Part shown: one piece after another, positions 1 to 10,087 of the stretch
How positions within the stretch are numbered: position 1 is the first letter of the stretch
Layout of the letters: every line of letters starts with the position of its first letter
Source: Candidatus Saccharimonadota bacterium
GTDB lineage: Bacteria; Pseudomonadota; Gammaproteobacteria; Enterobacterales; Enterobacteriaceae
Assembly: GCF_000185985.2 (NCBI RefSeq)
Contig: NC_014909.2
Span: 660,001 to 692,000, forward strand
Direction: 5' to 3'
Length of the DNA: 32,000 nucleotides
Program-made: the position numbers and the translations under genes
The notes under the pieces: generated by a model
The model's database searches: none
What the model was told of the DNA's origin: nothing
What the model saw: the letters and a program-made list of their open reading frames with translations, nothing else

Positions 1-116
1 AAAACAATAAAAATATAAACACATCTTACGTGTATCACAAAAATTTATATATTAATATATACTCAAATAATCATTTATTTATACTCAAACTCAATTTACA
101 ATAATCACTACTATAT

Positions 117-923
117 TTAACAAAAATACATATCTTTTAAATAATGAGGCACTGCTTCATCTGCATTGCTTCCAATGACTTCTAAAAGTGGTAAAGAATC
201 TTTCAAACGTTTCTGAGCATTATACATTATACAACCTTTTCCAGTCATAGATAGCATCTCCTGATCATTCATTCCATCTCCAAACGATATACAATCCTTA
301 AGACGATATCCTAACAAATTCACTACTTGTTCTAATGCAAATCCTTTAGATATACCTCCCGGCATTACTTCTAAACACGTCGGAAAAGAAAAACTAACAT
401 TAACACGAGCCCCCCATCGCTCAGTTATTCTTTTTTCTAAAAAACATAACTCCTGACAATTTTCGCTAGTAAAATATATTTTACTAACATCACTACAAAA
501 AAATACCTTTTTTTCATATATTTCATTATATGAAACAAAATTTCTAAAAATAGATGTATTATTATATGGATATCTACTCACCACCCACGTTCCATCATGC
601 TTACAAACATTAGTAACTATTTTTAAATCATACTGGGTCATCTGTAATAAATCGTATATAATGTCTAAATCCAAATCATAAGAAGCAATTAACTTACTAT
701 CAGAATTATGAATTCTTGATCCATTTGCAGTGATGATATAATCATGAATATCTAAATAATTACGTATTGCTGTAACATTAACATAGTGTCTTCCTGTAGC
801 AAGAATAAAATGCACCCTAAAATTAGAAACTAACAACTTCAAAATTTTTCTAGTAAAATATGTTAATTGATTACTTGGAGTTAATAAAGTTCCATCTAAA
901 TCAGATACAACAACACAAAACAT
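117..923 (-). CDS. yigL: Cof-type HAD-IIB phosphatase (YigL-like sugar/pyridoxal phosphate phosphatase)
   Basis: ORF 117..947. MFCVVVSDLDGTLL (HAD motif I), ATGRH, GDGMND and C-terminal NADEAVPHYL align end to end with E. coli YigL as recalled. The homology-supported ATG is at 923, with GGAGG at 934-938 upstream on the minus strand; the ATG at 947 is a possible alternative. Confidence 0.8.
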   Translation of the reverse strand: MFCVVVSDLDGTLLTPSNQLTYFTRKILKLLVSNFRVHFILATGRHYVNVTAIRNYLDIHDYIITANGSRIHNSDSKLIASYDLDLDIIYDLLQMTQYDLKIVTNVCKHDGTWVVSRYPYNNTSIFRNFVSYNEIYEKKVFFCSDVSKIYFTSENCQELCFLEKRITERWGARVNVSFSFPTCLEVMPGGISKGFALEQVVNLLGYRLKDCISFGDGMNDQEMLSMTGKGCIMYNAQKRLKDSLPLLEVIGSNADEAVPHYLKDMYFC

Positions 924-1093
924 ACATTCCAAACCTCCATCTATCATTAATAATCTACATTAAAATATAACTCTCTTCTACATTAACATAAATTTAATAC
1001 AATACCGAAACAACAAATTATCTTCAATCTCTATGAATCAATTACATTCTCTAATATAAATCTAAAAAAATTATTTATCCTAAAACTGATATA

Positions 1094-2035
1094 TCACAAC
1101 CAATTTTTATACTTAAAATATAAATACGGCACTAATCCAGTTAAGATCATTAAAATTATTGCTATAGGATATCCGAATAACCACTTCAACTCCGGCATAA
1201 ACTCAAAATTCATCCCATAACTAGATGCTATTAAAGTAGGAGGCAAAAAAACAATTGAAAATATTTTTATTATACGATTCTGCTCTATATTAATTAATCC
1301 CATTACTGACTGTGTTAGAAAACTAACTTTTTGAAAAATAGATTCATTATATGACAATAATAAAATTATATCATTTAAAATTTCATTAGCGTATCGTTTT
1401 TGAGTCGTAGGTAATTTTGATTGACGTGCTAAAAACTTAATTGCTCTTTCAGTATCTAACAAATTTATTTGAATTTTCCAGCTCATACTTTCTAATTCAG
1501 CTAAATCAGATAATATACTATCATATTCATCAATTTGTTGACCTCCCATAACAACAAAACTTAATGTTTCTAAAGTAGAATAAATATTCTCTATTTTATC
1601 TGTTAAATCATCAATCTTTACCGAAAACAAACTTAATAATAACTCATATGCATTACCATCACCTAGCCAATGATCACTTAAAGATCGCTGATACGTACAA
1701 AATACTGGAAATCTTGATCCACGTAATGTGTATAAACGATCATTATGAATGATAAAAAATACAATTACATTACTTATTTGATTATGATCATCACATGAAA
1801 AAAAGAAAGAACTAATATATGTACCATCTTGATTACTACAAAAACGTTTACTTTCTATATCTTTTAATTTAAAAAAATTTACTTTATATTGTTCTAAAAT
1901 ATGTTGCACACAATAATTTTCATTATTATTCAACTTAATTATATCTACCCAAAGAATATCATTAATTGCATTAAACAAATCTTTTTCATCAATACGAAAT
2001 AAATAATTATTTTTCAATTGAAATACTTTAAGCAT
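1094..2035 (-). CDS. corA: Magnesium/cobalt transporter CorA
   Basis: ORF 1094..2068 (the track start is GTG). YGMNFEFMPEL (GMN motif) and the C-terminal YLYFKYKNWL are near-identical to E. coli CorA. The N-terminus MLKVFQLKNN aligns with E. coli MLSAFQLENN, so ATG at 2035 is preferred. Confidence 0.9.
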   Translation of the reverse strand: MLKVFQLKNNYLFRIDEKDLFNAINDILWVDIIKLNNNENYCVQHILEQYKVNFFKLKDIESKRFCSNQDGTYISSFFFSCDDHNQISNVIVFFIIHNDRLYTLRGSRFPVFCTYQRSLSDHWLGDGNAYELLLSLFSVKIDDLTDKIENIYSTLETLSFVVMGGQQIDEYDSILSDLAELESMSWKIQINLLDTERAIKFLARQSKLPTTQKRYANEILNDIILLLSYNESIFQKVSFLTQSVMGLINIEQNRIIKIFSIVFLPPTLIASSYGMNFEFMPELKWLFGYPIAIILMILTGLVPYLYFKYKNWL

Positions 2036-3057
2036 ATTCATACTATCATTTTTCATCATTATCAACACATATTTGAATTAAACTAAAATAATTAATAATT
2101 AAACAATAGGATCACAATGGCAGGTTTGTAATATACACTTATCATATGAAATAAATTAAAAAGCAAAATTACAACAAACACAATTAAAAAATAAAAATTA
2201 AAAGTATTACCATGCTAAATTCTACATTTCGTACATAAAATATACTATTAATAACACTCATTCTCTTCAATAAAACACTCTTAAATACTATCTATAATCA
2301 TATAGTACATTGTATTTTATTTAACTTTCATGTATTAATCAACAATATAAATTTTCTCATATTTTAATAAAATTTAACAAATACAAAATGAACATCTATT
2401 TTTTTATTGTATAAAATGCCTATTTAAATTTATTAAATCAAACTCAACTAAACAAAATCAAAACACAAATATAAATACTTATATTAAAATAATCTACTAA
2501 TCATTTTTATAAATTTTTATCATGTTGACTCAATCAATAATATTATTGTGAAATTTTATTTCAATTTTCTAAATCAAAAAAAATACCCACACATTTATAT
2601 TCCATAAAATAAATATTTGAACTATATAATTTTATTCTAATAATGATTGCATTATATTTATTGAGACTTAAAATGTATAAAACAAAAATCAACTTTCATC
2701 ATATCAAATCAATACAACTTATTATTCTTATTCTTAAGATACAGCTCAATCATTGAACTATACAAATTTTAACAAACATTTAAACACAAAAATGTAGCAA
2801 AATTAATTGATAAAAACATACAAACAAATACAGCATAATCATCTTAAATCTATACATACATCAAATAATTAACATTATAAAATACAAAAAGTATTCATTT
2901 ATTAAAAACTTACATATACTTATATTAATTCTTAGTTTTTTTTATTTATCAACCATATCTAATCATATCAATATGAATATCCAAAAAATACATTTTATTT
3001 CTTACGTACTTTTATTACATTCATATTCACTCAAAATTTATTTCTTCTATTATTTAT

Positions 3058-3774
3058 TTATAAAAAATATGCCAAAGACGTTAAATCTGAAATTACTAAA
3101 TGTGGCAATAACTTAGTATTAACAATTATACTACTTAAACTATACCTCTGCATCCAACAGGATTGCATCCCGGATAAAATTGCTCCCTGAATATCAGAAT
3201 ATAAATCATCCCCCACATGCAAAATATATTTACAAGACATACCAAAATACTTTGATGATAGTAAATACATATCCTTATATGGTTTAGCTCTACCATGTAT
3301 ACCTGCTCGTAAAACATCACTAAAATATCTTCTTAATCCACACATTATAAGATTCGAATTTCCATTAGTAATGGCTATTAAAGGCCATTTAGAACTCAAT
3401 GCTTTTAACGCTTGAATTGTATTAATAGAAACATCTATTTGATTTCTCCAGTATATAATCATCTCCATTGCACAATCAGCCCCTAATTGAGCATCATGCT
3501 TAGAAAGACCTGATTTTAATAAAATATTTTCTAAAGATTTCCATCTCCAACTATTAACATCATGATAGATCTCAGGATCTAATGATTTAACCATTTTTTT
3601 GGAAAAATAAAAATCTGATTTTCTTACATTATATAAAGCAGGATGATATCTTCTTAAAAAAAAAACTAACTTATCTTCAGCTCTACAAATAATCGGCTTA
3701 TTATCATATAAAGTATTATCTAAATCCAAAGTAATAGCATAAAAGGGTTTAATCGATCGACAAATCTGAATCAA
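3058..3774 (-). CDS. yigB: HAD-family phosphatase YigB (5-amino-6-(5-phospho-D-ribitylamino)uracil phosphatase, riboflavin pathway)
   Basis: 238 aa, the same length as E. coli YigB. LDLDNTLYDN, EIYHDVNSWRW, WPLIAITNGN, HVGDDL and LLPHLVISDLTSL align colinearly. There is no ATG at the N-terminus; the start codon is TTG at 3774. Confidence 0.8.
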   Translation of the reverse strand: MIQICRSIKPFYAITLDLDNTLYDNKPIICRAEDKLVFFLRRYHPALYNVRKSDFYFSKKMVKSLDPEIYHDVNSWRWKSLENILLKSGLSKHDAQLGADCAMEMIIYWRNQIDVSINTIQALKALSSKWPLIAITNGNSNLIMCGLRRYFSDVLRAGIHGRAKPYKDMYLLSSKYFGMSCKYILHVGDDLYSDIQGAILSGMQSCWMQRYSLSSIIVNTKLLPHLVISDLTSLAYFL

Positions 3775-3811
3775 TTTTTCAAAACATTCCTAATTAATAA
3801 TTAATATTATT

Positions 3812-4645
3812 TTACAAATGAATACATCCATCATAAACGTATGATGTAGACCCAATCATATACAATGGATATCCTATTCCTTTCCAAGACACAAATAAAC
3901 TTCCTCCTAATAAATGTACTTGTACCAAACGCTCTTCTCGTATTAATAACCCCTGTTGTATTCCAAAAGCAACAGCTGCACATGCAGCACTACCACACGC
4001 TTGAGTTTCTCCTACCCCTCGCTCATATACTCGAAGTTCAATATTTTCTGAATCAATAATTCTCATAAAACTAATATTAGATTTCTTAGGAAAACAATGA
4101 TGATCTTCCAAAGCAGGCCCTAATATATTTAAAGAAACTGATTCTATTGTTTCAACTAAAACAATGCAATGAGGATTACCAATTGATACTACTCCACACA
4201 ATATCGTTTGTGTAGGTAAAAATAAAATATAATTTTTTTGATACTGAGGAAAAATAAATGGTATCTTATCAGGCTCAAATATCGGTTCTCCCATATTAAC
4301 AGATATAAGATCATCGTCTATTATCGATACATACATATTGCCAAAACGCGTACTAATTCTAATATTTTCTTTATTAGTTAATTTTTTTATATATACAAAT
4401 CTAGCAACACAACGTATACCATTACCACACTGATACACTTCTGACCCATCTGCATTATAAATTCGGCAATGAAAATCAATAGAAGGATCATAAGGAGGTT
4501 CTACTATTAATAATTGATTAAACCCAATTCCTCTATATCTATTAGATAACCACTGTATCTTTTCAAAAGTAACATGCACTTTCTGAGTAATAGAATCAAC
4601 AACCATAAAATCATTTCCCAAGCCATGCATTTTTGAAAATCTCAT
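3812..4645 (-). CDS. dapF: Diaminopimelate epimerase
   Basis: 277 aa. [24 protein letters not shown] and [11 protein letters not shown] (both catalytic Cys motifs) and the C-terminal YDGCIHL match E. coli DapF. GAGGG Shine-Dalgarno lies upstream. Confidence 0.95.
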   Translation of the reverse strand: MRFSKMHGLGNDFMVVDSITQKVHVTFEKIQWLSNRYRGIGFNQLLIVEPPYDPSIDFHCRIYNADGSEVYQCGNGIRCVARFVYIKKLTNKENIRISTRFGNMYVSIIDDDLISVNMGEPIFEPDKIPFIFPQYQKNYILFLPTQTILCGVVSIGNPHCIVLVETIESVSLNILGPALEDHHCFPKKSNISFMRIIDSENIELRVYERGVGETQACGSAACAAVAFGIQQGLLIREERLVQVHLLGGSLFVSWKGIGYPLYMIGSTSYVYDGCIHL

Positions 4646-4866
4646 ATTCCCTCGTATAGCATCGACAAGTAAATATAATACAATCTACTAGAAACAATAG
4701 TATATAATAAAAACTATTGCTTCTTATATATCTAGAAAGTAATACTCACCACTCTAAATCTAATTATATGTTAGATACACTTCGTTATAAAGATAAAAAA
4801 CATACATTTCATATCATACATATATTACTACATATTTTTAATATATAAACCATTAGTATAATATAC

Positions 4867-4901
4867 TTATTATAATAAATTATAATAATTTATTATAATA
4901 A
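4867..4901. repeat. Perfect 35-nt palindrome (17-bp arms, 1-nt centre), A/T only
   Basis: TTATTATAATAAATTAT-A-ATAATTTATTATAATAA, checked base by base. c4866 and c4902 stop further extension. Located in the divergent dapF/hemC spacer. Confidence 0.9.
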
Positions 4902-5209
4902 CTACAAATAAAGTTTTATATGCAATATATCCCATCCCCTTATACACACTATATAGCACATGCCCTAATTTATTTTATTACACATATCTTTCTTGATTTA
5001 ACCAAATATAAAATAATCTAGCTATCTATTCAAATAAATAATTAATTATATTATTACTTTCATATATTATTAATTTTCCTTATACGTATTATTATAAAGC
5101 TATATTTTCACAAATAAAATTATAAAAATTAATTCGAATATATTTGTTATTTTACCGATAACTAATGAAAATATAGTATTTTAAAAGTCATTCATAATAT
5201 AATCTATTT

Positions 5210-6142
5210 ATGAATACTAAATTTTTAAGAATTGCCACAAGAAAAAGTCGATTAGCCATCTGTCAATCAGAATATGTTTGCAATGAATTAAAACGTTTTC
5301 ATCCAAACATAAAAATCAAGTTAGTACCTATCGTTACAACAGGGGATAAATTTTTTAATTCAACTACAAAAATAAAAATCAAAAAAGGGGCGTTTATTAA
5401 AGAATTAGAATATGCGTTAATTGAAAATCGAGCAGACATAGCCGTGCATTCTATGAAAGATATGACCGCATCATTACCTAACGAACTAATACTTCCAATA
5501 TTATGCAAACGTATCGATCCAAGAGATGCTTTTGTCAGTATAAAATATTCCAATATAGACATGTTACCATCAGGAAGTATAATAGGTACATCTAGCTTAA
5601 GAAGACAATGTCAAATTCAAGCCCGACGATCAGATTTAACATTACACAATCTCAGAGGGAATATAGACACAAGAATTAAGAAATTACATCAAGGAAAATA
5701 TGATGCAATAATTTTAGCAGTAGCTGGATTAAATAGATTACATTTAACCCAATATATTAAAACATACATCAATCCAAAAGATTTATTACCTGCCATGGGA
5801 CAAGGTGCAATAGCTATAGAATGCCGTAAAAAAGATATTGATACTTTATCTTTACTCTCTCCTTTATATCATCAAGAAACCTCTTTAAGAATTCAATCAG
5901 AACGAGCAGTCACTACTTATTTAGAAGGTTACTGTCAATTTCCAATCGCTAGTTATTCTGAAATTCACAATCACCAAATATGGCTAAGAGCTCTCATAGG
6001 CTTACCTGATGGTAGTAAAATTATTCGAACCGAAGGTAGAGCACCATTTGATCAAGCAGAAAAATTAGGTTTATTTCTTGCTAAAAAATTATTGAATCAA
6101 TTTAAAGAAACTACTCAACTTGATATTAATGCAATCAAATAA
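5210..6142 (+). CDS. hemC: Porphobilinogen deaminase (hydroxymethylbilane synthase)
   Basis: 310 aa. LRIATRKS, ADIAVHSMKD, GTSSLRRQCQ, YDAIILAVAGL and LEGYCQFPI are colinear with E. coli HemC. Confidence 0.95.
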   Translation: MNTKFLRIATRKSRLAICQSEYVCNELKRFHPNIKIKLVPIVTTGDKFFNSTTKIKIKKGAFIKELEYALIENRADIAVHSMKDMTASLPNELILPILCKRIDPRDAFVSIKYSNIDMLPSGSIIGTSSLRRQCQIQARRSDLTLHNLRGNIDTRIKKLHQGKYDAIILAVAGLNRLHLTQYIKTYINPKDLLPAMGQGAIAIECRKKDIDTLSLLSPLYHQETSLRIQSERAVTTYLEGYCQFPIASYSEIHNHQIWLRALIGLPDGSKIIRTEGRAPFDQAEKLGLFLAKKLLNQFKETTQLDINAIK

Positions 6143-6172
6143 ACTCAATAATAAAAATGGAGCAGTAATTTT

Positions 6173-6922
6173 ATGAACATTTTAGTAACACGTCCTTCAC
6201 CTAACGGAGAAGAATTAGTACACAAATTACTTGCTATTGGAAAGTTTGCTCATCATTTACCACTAATTTATTTTTCTTCTGGAAAAAACCTACCACTTAT
6301 AAAAAAATATTTGAATTTACTTGAGTCAGGAGATTTACTATTTTTTTTATCTCAACATGCAGTTAAATATGCCCATTTTCAATTACTAAAAACAGGAGGG
6401 CATTGGCCTTCTACAATAACATATTATTCTATTGGATCAAGAACTAGTTTAAAAATGTATATATTATCAGGCATATCATCTAAATATCCATACAACGAAG
6501 AAACTAGTGAAAACCTATTGCAATTTCCAGAATTAATACAAAACATATCTGGGCGTCGTGCTCTTATTTTAAAAGGAAATAACGGACGTACCCTGTTACA
6601 AAACACTCTTCAACAAAGAGGAGCATTAGTATTATCTTTCGAATGTTATACCAGAAATCCTATCAAATATAATGGGCAAGAACAACTTAATTTAATGCTT
6701 GCTCTAAATATTACTACTATAGTAGTAACTACTAAAGAAACGCTAAAACAATTATATTATTTAATTCCACAACACTACCGAGACACATGGTTGATACAAT
6801 GTCAACTAATAGTTGTAAGCATACGTTTATCGAAAATAGCAGAAAATTTAGGATGGAACAAAACAAATATTATTATAGCCAAGTCAGCAAATAACAACGC
6901 TATTTTTAATATTTTAAAATAA
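6173..6922 (+). CDS. hemD: Uroporphyrinogen-III synthase
   Basis: 249 aa. MNILVTRPSPNGEEL, LSQHAV, RALILKGNNGR and VVTTKETL are colinear with E. coli HemD. It lies 30 nt after hemC, with GGAG at 6158-6161. Confidence 0.9.
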   Translation: MNILVTRPSPNGEELVHKLLAIGKFAHHLPLIYFSSGKNLPLIKKYLNLLESGDLLFFLSQHAVKYAHFQLLKTGGHWPSTITYYSIGSRTSLKMYILSGISSKYPYNEETSENLLQFPELIQNISGRRALILKGNNGRTLLQNTLQQRGALVLSFECYTRNPIKYNGQEQLNLMLALNITTIVVTTKETLKQLYYLIPQHYRDTWLIQCQLIVVSIRLSKIAENLGWNKTNIIIAKSANNNAIFNILK

Positions 6923-7042
6923 AATTCAACATTTTTTACTTATATATAAATTTTAAAATAAATAAAATATAACGTTGAATTATAATACCTTTAATACCTA
7001 TGTATTAATAATACACTTTCCACATATCACACTTTATTATTT

Positions 7043-7116
7043 TCGGCGAGAGAGGATTTGAACCTCCGACCTACTGGTCCCAAACCAGACGCGCTACCAA
7101 ACTGCGCTACTCGCCG
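7043..7116 (-). tRNA. proM: tRNA-Pro (anticodon UGG)
   Basis: The reverse complement CGGCGAGTAGCGCAGTTTGGTAGCGCGTCTGGTTTGGGACCAGTAGGTCGGAGGTTCAAATCCTCTCTCGCCGA is near-identical to E. coli proM. 7-bp acceptor stem; anticodon loop TTTGGGA. No CCA encoded. Confidence 0.95.
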
Positions 7117-7210
7117 ATCTCTTAAGCTTTAAAATTATTTTATTTTGATACAATCTCTACAATAATATTTTTCTTATTTGCTATTATAAATAATAAATTT
7201 TTATTAAAAA

Positions 7211-7296
7211 TGCGAAGGAAGGGATTTGAACCCTTAAGTCTTGCTCAAGACATTAACCTCTGAAGTTAATGCGTCTTCCTATTTCGCCACCTTCGC
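7211..7296 (-). tRNA. leuT: tRNA-Leu (anticodon CAG), long variable arm
   Basis: The reverse complement GCGAAGGTGGCGAAATAGGAAGACGC...TTCAGAG...GGGTTCAAATCCCTTCCTTCGCA is similar to E. coli leuT. Acceptor GCGAAGG/CCTTCGC; anticodon loop TTCAGAG. No CCA encoded. Confidence 0.95.
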
Positions 7297-7372
7297 TCAT
7301 ATTTTAATTTTTAAAAAAATTAATTTATTACTACTTCTTTATTTTTCATCCACTTCATACAAATTTTACATG

Positions 7373-7446
7373 GGTGACTGATGGGACTCGAACCCACGAC
7401 TACTGGAACCACAATCCAGGGCTCTACCGACTGAGCTACAATCACC
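7373..7446 (-). tRNA. hisR: tRNA-His (anticodon GUG) with encoded G-1
   Basis: The reverse complement GGTGATTGTAGCTCAGTCGGTAGAGCCCTGGATTGTGGTTCCAGTAGTCGTGGGTTCGAGTCCCATCAGTCACC resembles E. coli hisR, including G-1 opposite C73. Only CA follows C73, so CCA is incomplete. Confidence 0.95.
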
Positions 7447-7550
7447 TTCTACTATCTTTATTTTAACGTTTATAATAATGTGTAATTAATAAAAAATATT
7501 ATAATTCTTTTATTGTATAATCTACCCCCGTTAATGCAATCTAAACAAAA

Positions 7551-7624
7551 TGCGTCCGACAGGATTTGAACCTGAAATCTTTGCCTTCGGAGGGCAATGC
7601 TCTATCCACTTAAGCCACGGACGC
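7551..7624 (-). tRNA. argX: tRNA-Arg (anticodon CCG)
   Basis: The reverse complement GCGTCCGTGGCTTAAGTGGATAGAGCATTGCCCTCCGAAGGCAAAGATTTCAGGTTCAAATCCTGTCGGACGCA is similar to E. coli argX. Anticodon loop CTCCGAA. The order Arg-His-Leu-Pro on the minus strand equals the E. coli argX-hisR-leuT-proM operon. Confidence 0.95.
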
Positions 7625-7834
7625 CTTTCTTAATTTTAAGATTGTCATTTTATCTGTCGTATAAAAATACAAATTGGTAAATAAACACTATAAATATGCT
7701 CTTAGTATTTTTAAGACACTACTACGACATTAAAAATATTGATTCATAACCTATATAATACCTAAAATTCATAACTTAATAAAACAATAATGATGGCTAT
7801 GAACAAATATAAAGAATTTCAACTGCTTAAACTA

Positions 7835-9094
7835 CTAACAACGTTTCATCATGTCAAAAAACTCATCATTAGTTTTAGTCATAGATAACTTATTCATCAT
7901 AAATTCCATAGCATCAATTTCCCCCATAGGATGAATTATCTTTCGTAAAATCCATATTTTCTGAAGTTCATCATGAGTAGTAAGCAATTCCTCTTTCCTT
8001 GTTCCAGATCTATTATAATCAATAGCAGGAAATACGCGTTTTTCTGCAATCTTTCTAGACAAATGTAATTCCATATTTCCTGTTCCCTTAAACTCCTCAT
8101 AAATTACTTCATCCATTTTAGATCCAGTGTCAATCAAAGCCGTAGCAATAATTGTTAAACTTCCTCCTTCTTCCATATTTCTAGCAGCTCCGAAAAAACG
8201 TTTAGGACGATGCAAAGCATTAGCATCAACTCCTCCTGTCAATACTTTTCCAGATGCAGGAACTATAGTATTATAAGCTCGTGCTAATCGAGTAATAGAA
8301 TCTAATAAAATAATCACATCTTTTCTATGTTCTACTAACCTTTTAGCTTTTTCAATAACCATTTCAGCTACCTGAACATGACGAGAAGCTGGCTCATCAA
8401 AAGTTGATGCAATAACTTCTCCATGCACCAAACGTTGCATTTCAGTTACCTCTTCAGGCCGTTCATCTATTAATAGTACTATAAGAACACAATCTGGATA
8501 ATTATGACTAATACTCTGTGCAATATTTTGTAATAACATAGTTTTCCCAGCTTTAGGAGGAGCTACTATTAACCCCCTTTGCCCTCTTCCAATAGGAGAA
8601 GCTAAATCTAATACTCTAGCTGTTAAATCTTCCGTTGACCCATTCCCTCTTTCCATACGAAGTCTGGAATTAGCATGTAAAGGAGTAAGATTTTCAAATA
8701 AAATCTTACTCCTAGCATTCTCTGGTTTATCATAATTTACATCATTTACTTTTAACAAAGCAAAATAACGTTCACCCTCTTTTGGGGGGCGTATTTTTCC
8801 AGAAATAGTATCTCCAGTTCTTAAATTAAAACGCCTAATTTGACTAGGAGAAACATAAATATCATCTGGTCCTGCTAAATATGAACTATCGCTAGAACGA
8901 AGAAACCCAAATCCATCTTGTAAAATTTCTAATACTCCATCTCCAAAAATATCTTCTCCAGTTTTAGCATGTTGCTTAAAAATCGCAAAAATAATATCTT
9001 GTTTTCTCATACGAGCCAAATTTTCTAGACCCATACCCTCTCCGAGCTTAACTAACTCAGACACTGGTATATTTTTCAACTTAGTAAGATTCAT
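7835..9094 (-). CDS. rho: Transcription termination factor Rho
   Basis: 419 aa, the same length as E. coli Rho and very highly conserved throughout (MNLTKLKN..., GFGFLR, Walker [14 protein letters not shown]). Confidence 0.98.
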   Translation of the reverse strand: MNLTKLKNIPVSELVKLGEGMGLENLARMRKQDIIFAIFKQHAKTGEDIFGDGVLEILQDGFGFLRSSDSSYLAGPDDIYVSPSQIRRFNLRTGDTISGKIRPPKEGERYFALLKVNDVNYDKPENARSKILFENLTPLHANSRLRMERGNGSTEDLTARVLDLASPIGRGQRGLIVAPPKAGKTMLLQNIAQSISHNYPDCVLIVLLIDERPEEVTEMQRLVHGEVIASTFDEPASRHVQVAEMVIEKAKRLVEHRKDVIILLDSITRLARAYNTIVPASGKVLTGGVDANALHRPKRFFGAARNMEEGGSLTIIATALIDTGSKMDEVIYEEFKGTGNMELHLSRKIAEKRVFPAIDYNRSGTRKEELLTTHDELQKIWILRKIIHPMGEIDAMEFMMNKLSMTKTNDEFFDMMKRC

Positions 9095-9515
9095 AATCGT
9101 GGATTCTTAATTTAAGATAATGTTACTATTGATTTTAGATATGAATATCATACAATTTACACAAGTAATACTATTAATTTTAACATTACTTATTACATAT
9201 TTTACTAAATTCATTTTTATTTTATTATGAAATACGCGTCAAAAACCGCATTAAATGTGAACTCATCAACACACCTAGTGAACAAATTAAATTTTTACAA
9301 ACACTAAGATCGCTACCAACCACACTCAAATACCTATATACTCAATCATTATTATACACAATCAAGCTATATTTTACTTTTATCACCTACCATACATGAC
9401 ATGTATATACAATTTAATACTGTACAGTACACTATAAAACATTTTATCTTAATCTTCAATACACATCTATCATACTTGTAATAATTTTATCTAAAAATTA
9501 GAAATATAAATCAAA

Positions 9516-9860
9516 TTAATTAACGTACGTATTTATAAAATCACATAATTGTTGTTTAGACATTAAACCTACCTTAGTAGCTACAATTGTGTCATTTTTA
9601 ATAAGCAATAAAGTAGGAATACTTCTAATATTATATTTTTTAGTAACGATAGGATTACTATCTATATTTAATTTTGCTACCTTTATCTTCCCTCTAAATT
9701 CAACAGCTATTTCCTCAAGAATAGGAGCAAGCATCTTACAAGGATTACACCATTCTGCCCAAAAATCAATTAAAAATAAGAAATTATTTTTAACATTAAC
9801 AGAATCTGAAAAATATTCTGAAAAATTATCATCCGTTAAACACAATATATTTTGACTCAT
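9516..9860 (-). CDS. trxA: Thioredoxin 1 (active site WCNPC)
   Basis: 114 aa. [33 protein letters not shown] and ATKVG are colinear with E. coli TrxA. Syntenic position upstream of rho. Confidence 0.9.
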   Translation of the reverse strand: MSQNILCLTDDNFSEYFSDSVNVKNNFLFLIDFWAEWCNPCKMLAPILEEIAVEFRGKIKVAKLNIDSNPIVTKKYNIRSIPTLLLIKNDTIVATKVGLMSKQQLCDFINTYVN

Positions 9861-10036
9861 TTAATTTTATCCTATTATTTTATTTATCAACTTTATTACA
9901 TATAACACTATTACTACATAATATAAATATTCACAATTCTAAACTTCCAGTTATACAAATACAAACTATACACACTATATACCTTACCAATTTTGTTTGG
10001 TATCATAATCTACACAGATTTAATTATCGTTAAAAT

Positions 10037-10053
10037 TGATGATACATTCATCA
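10037..10053 (-). terminator. Weak hairpin plus T-tract 34 nt downstream of ilvC (possible intrinsic terminator)
   Basis: Minus strand reads TGATGA-ATGTA-TCATCA followed by ATTTTA. The stem is 6 bp with only 2 G:C pairs, so support is weak. Confidence 0.3.
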
Positions 10054-10087
10054 CCTATTATACAATTAATCAACCTTCATTCCTGGA

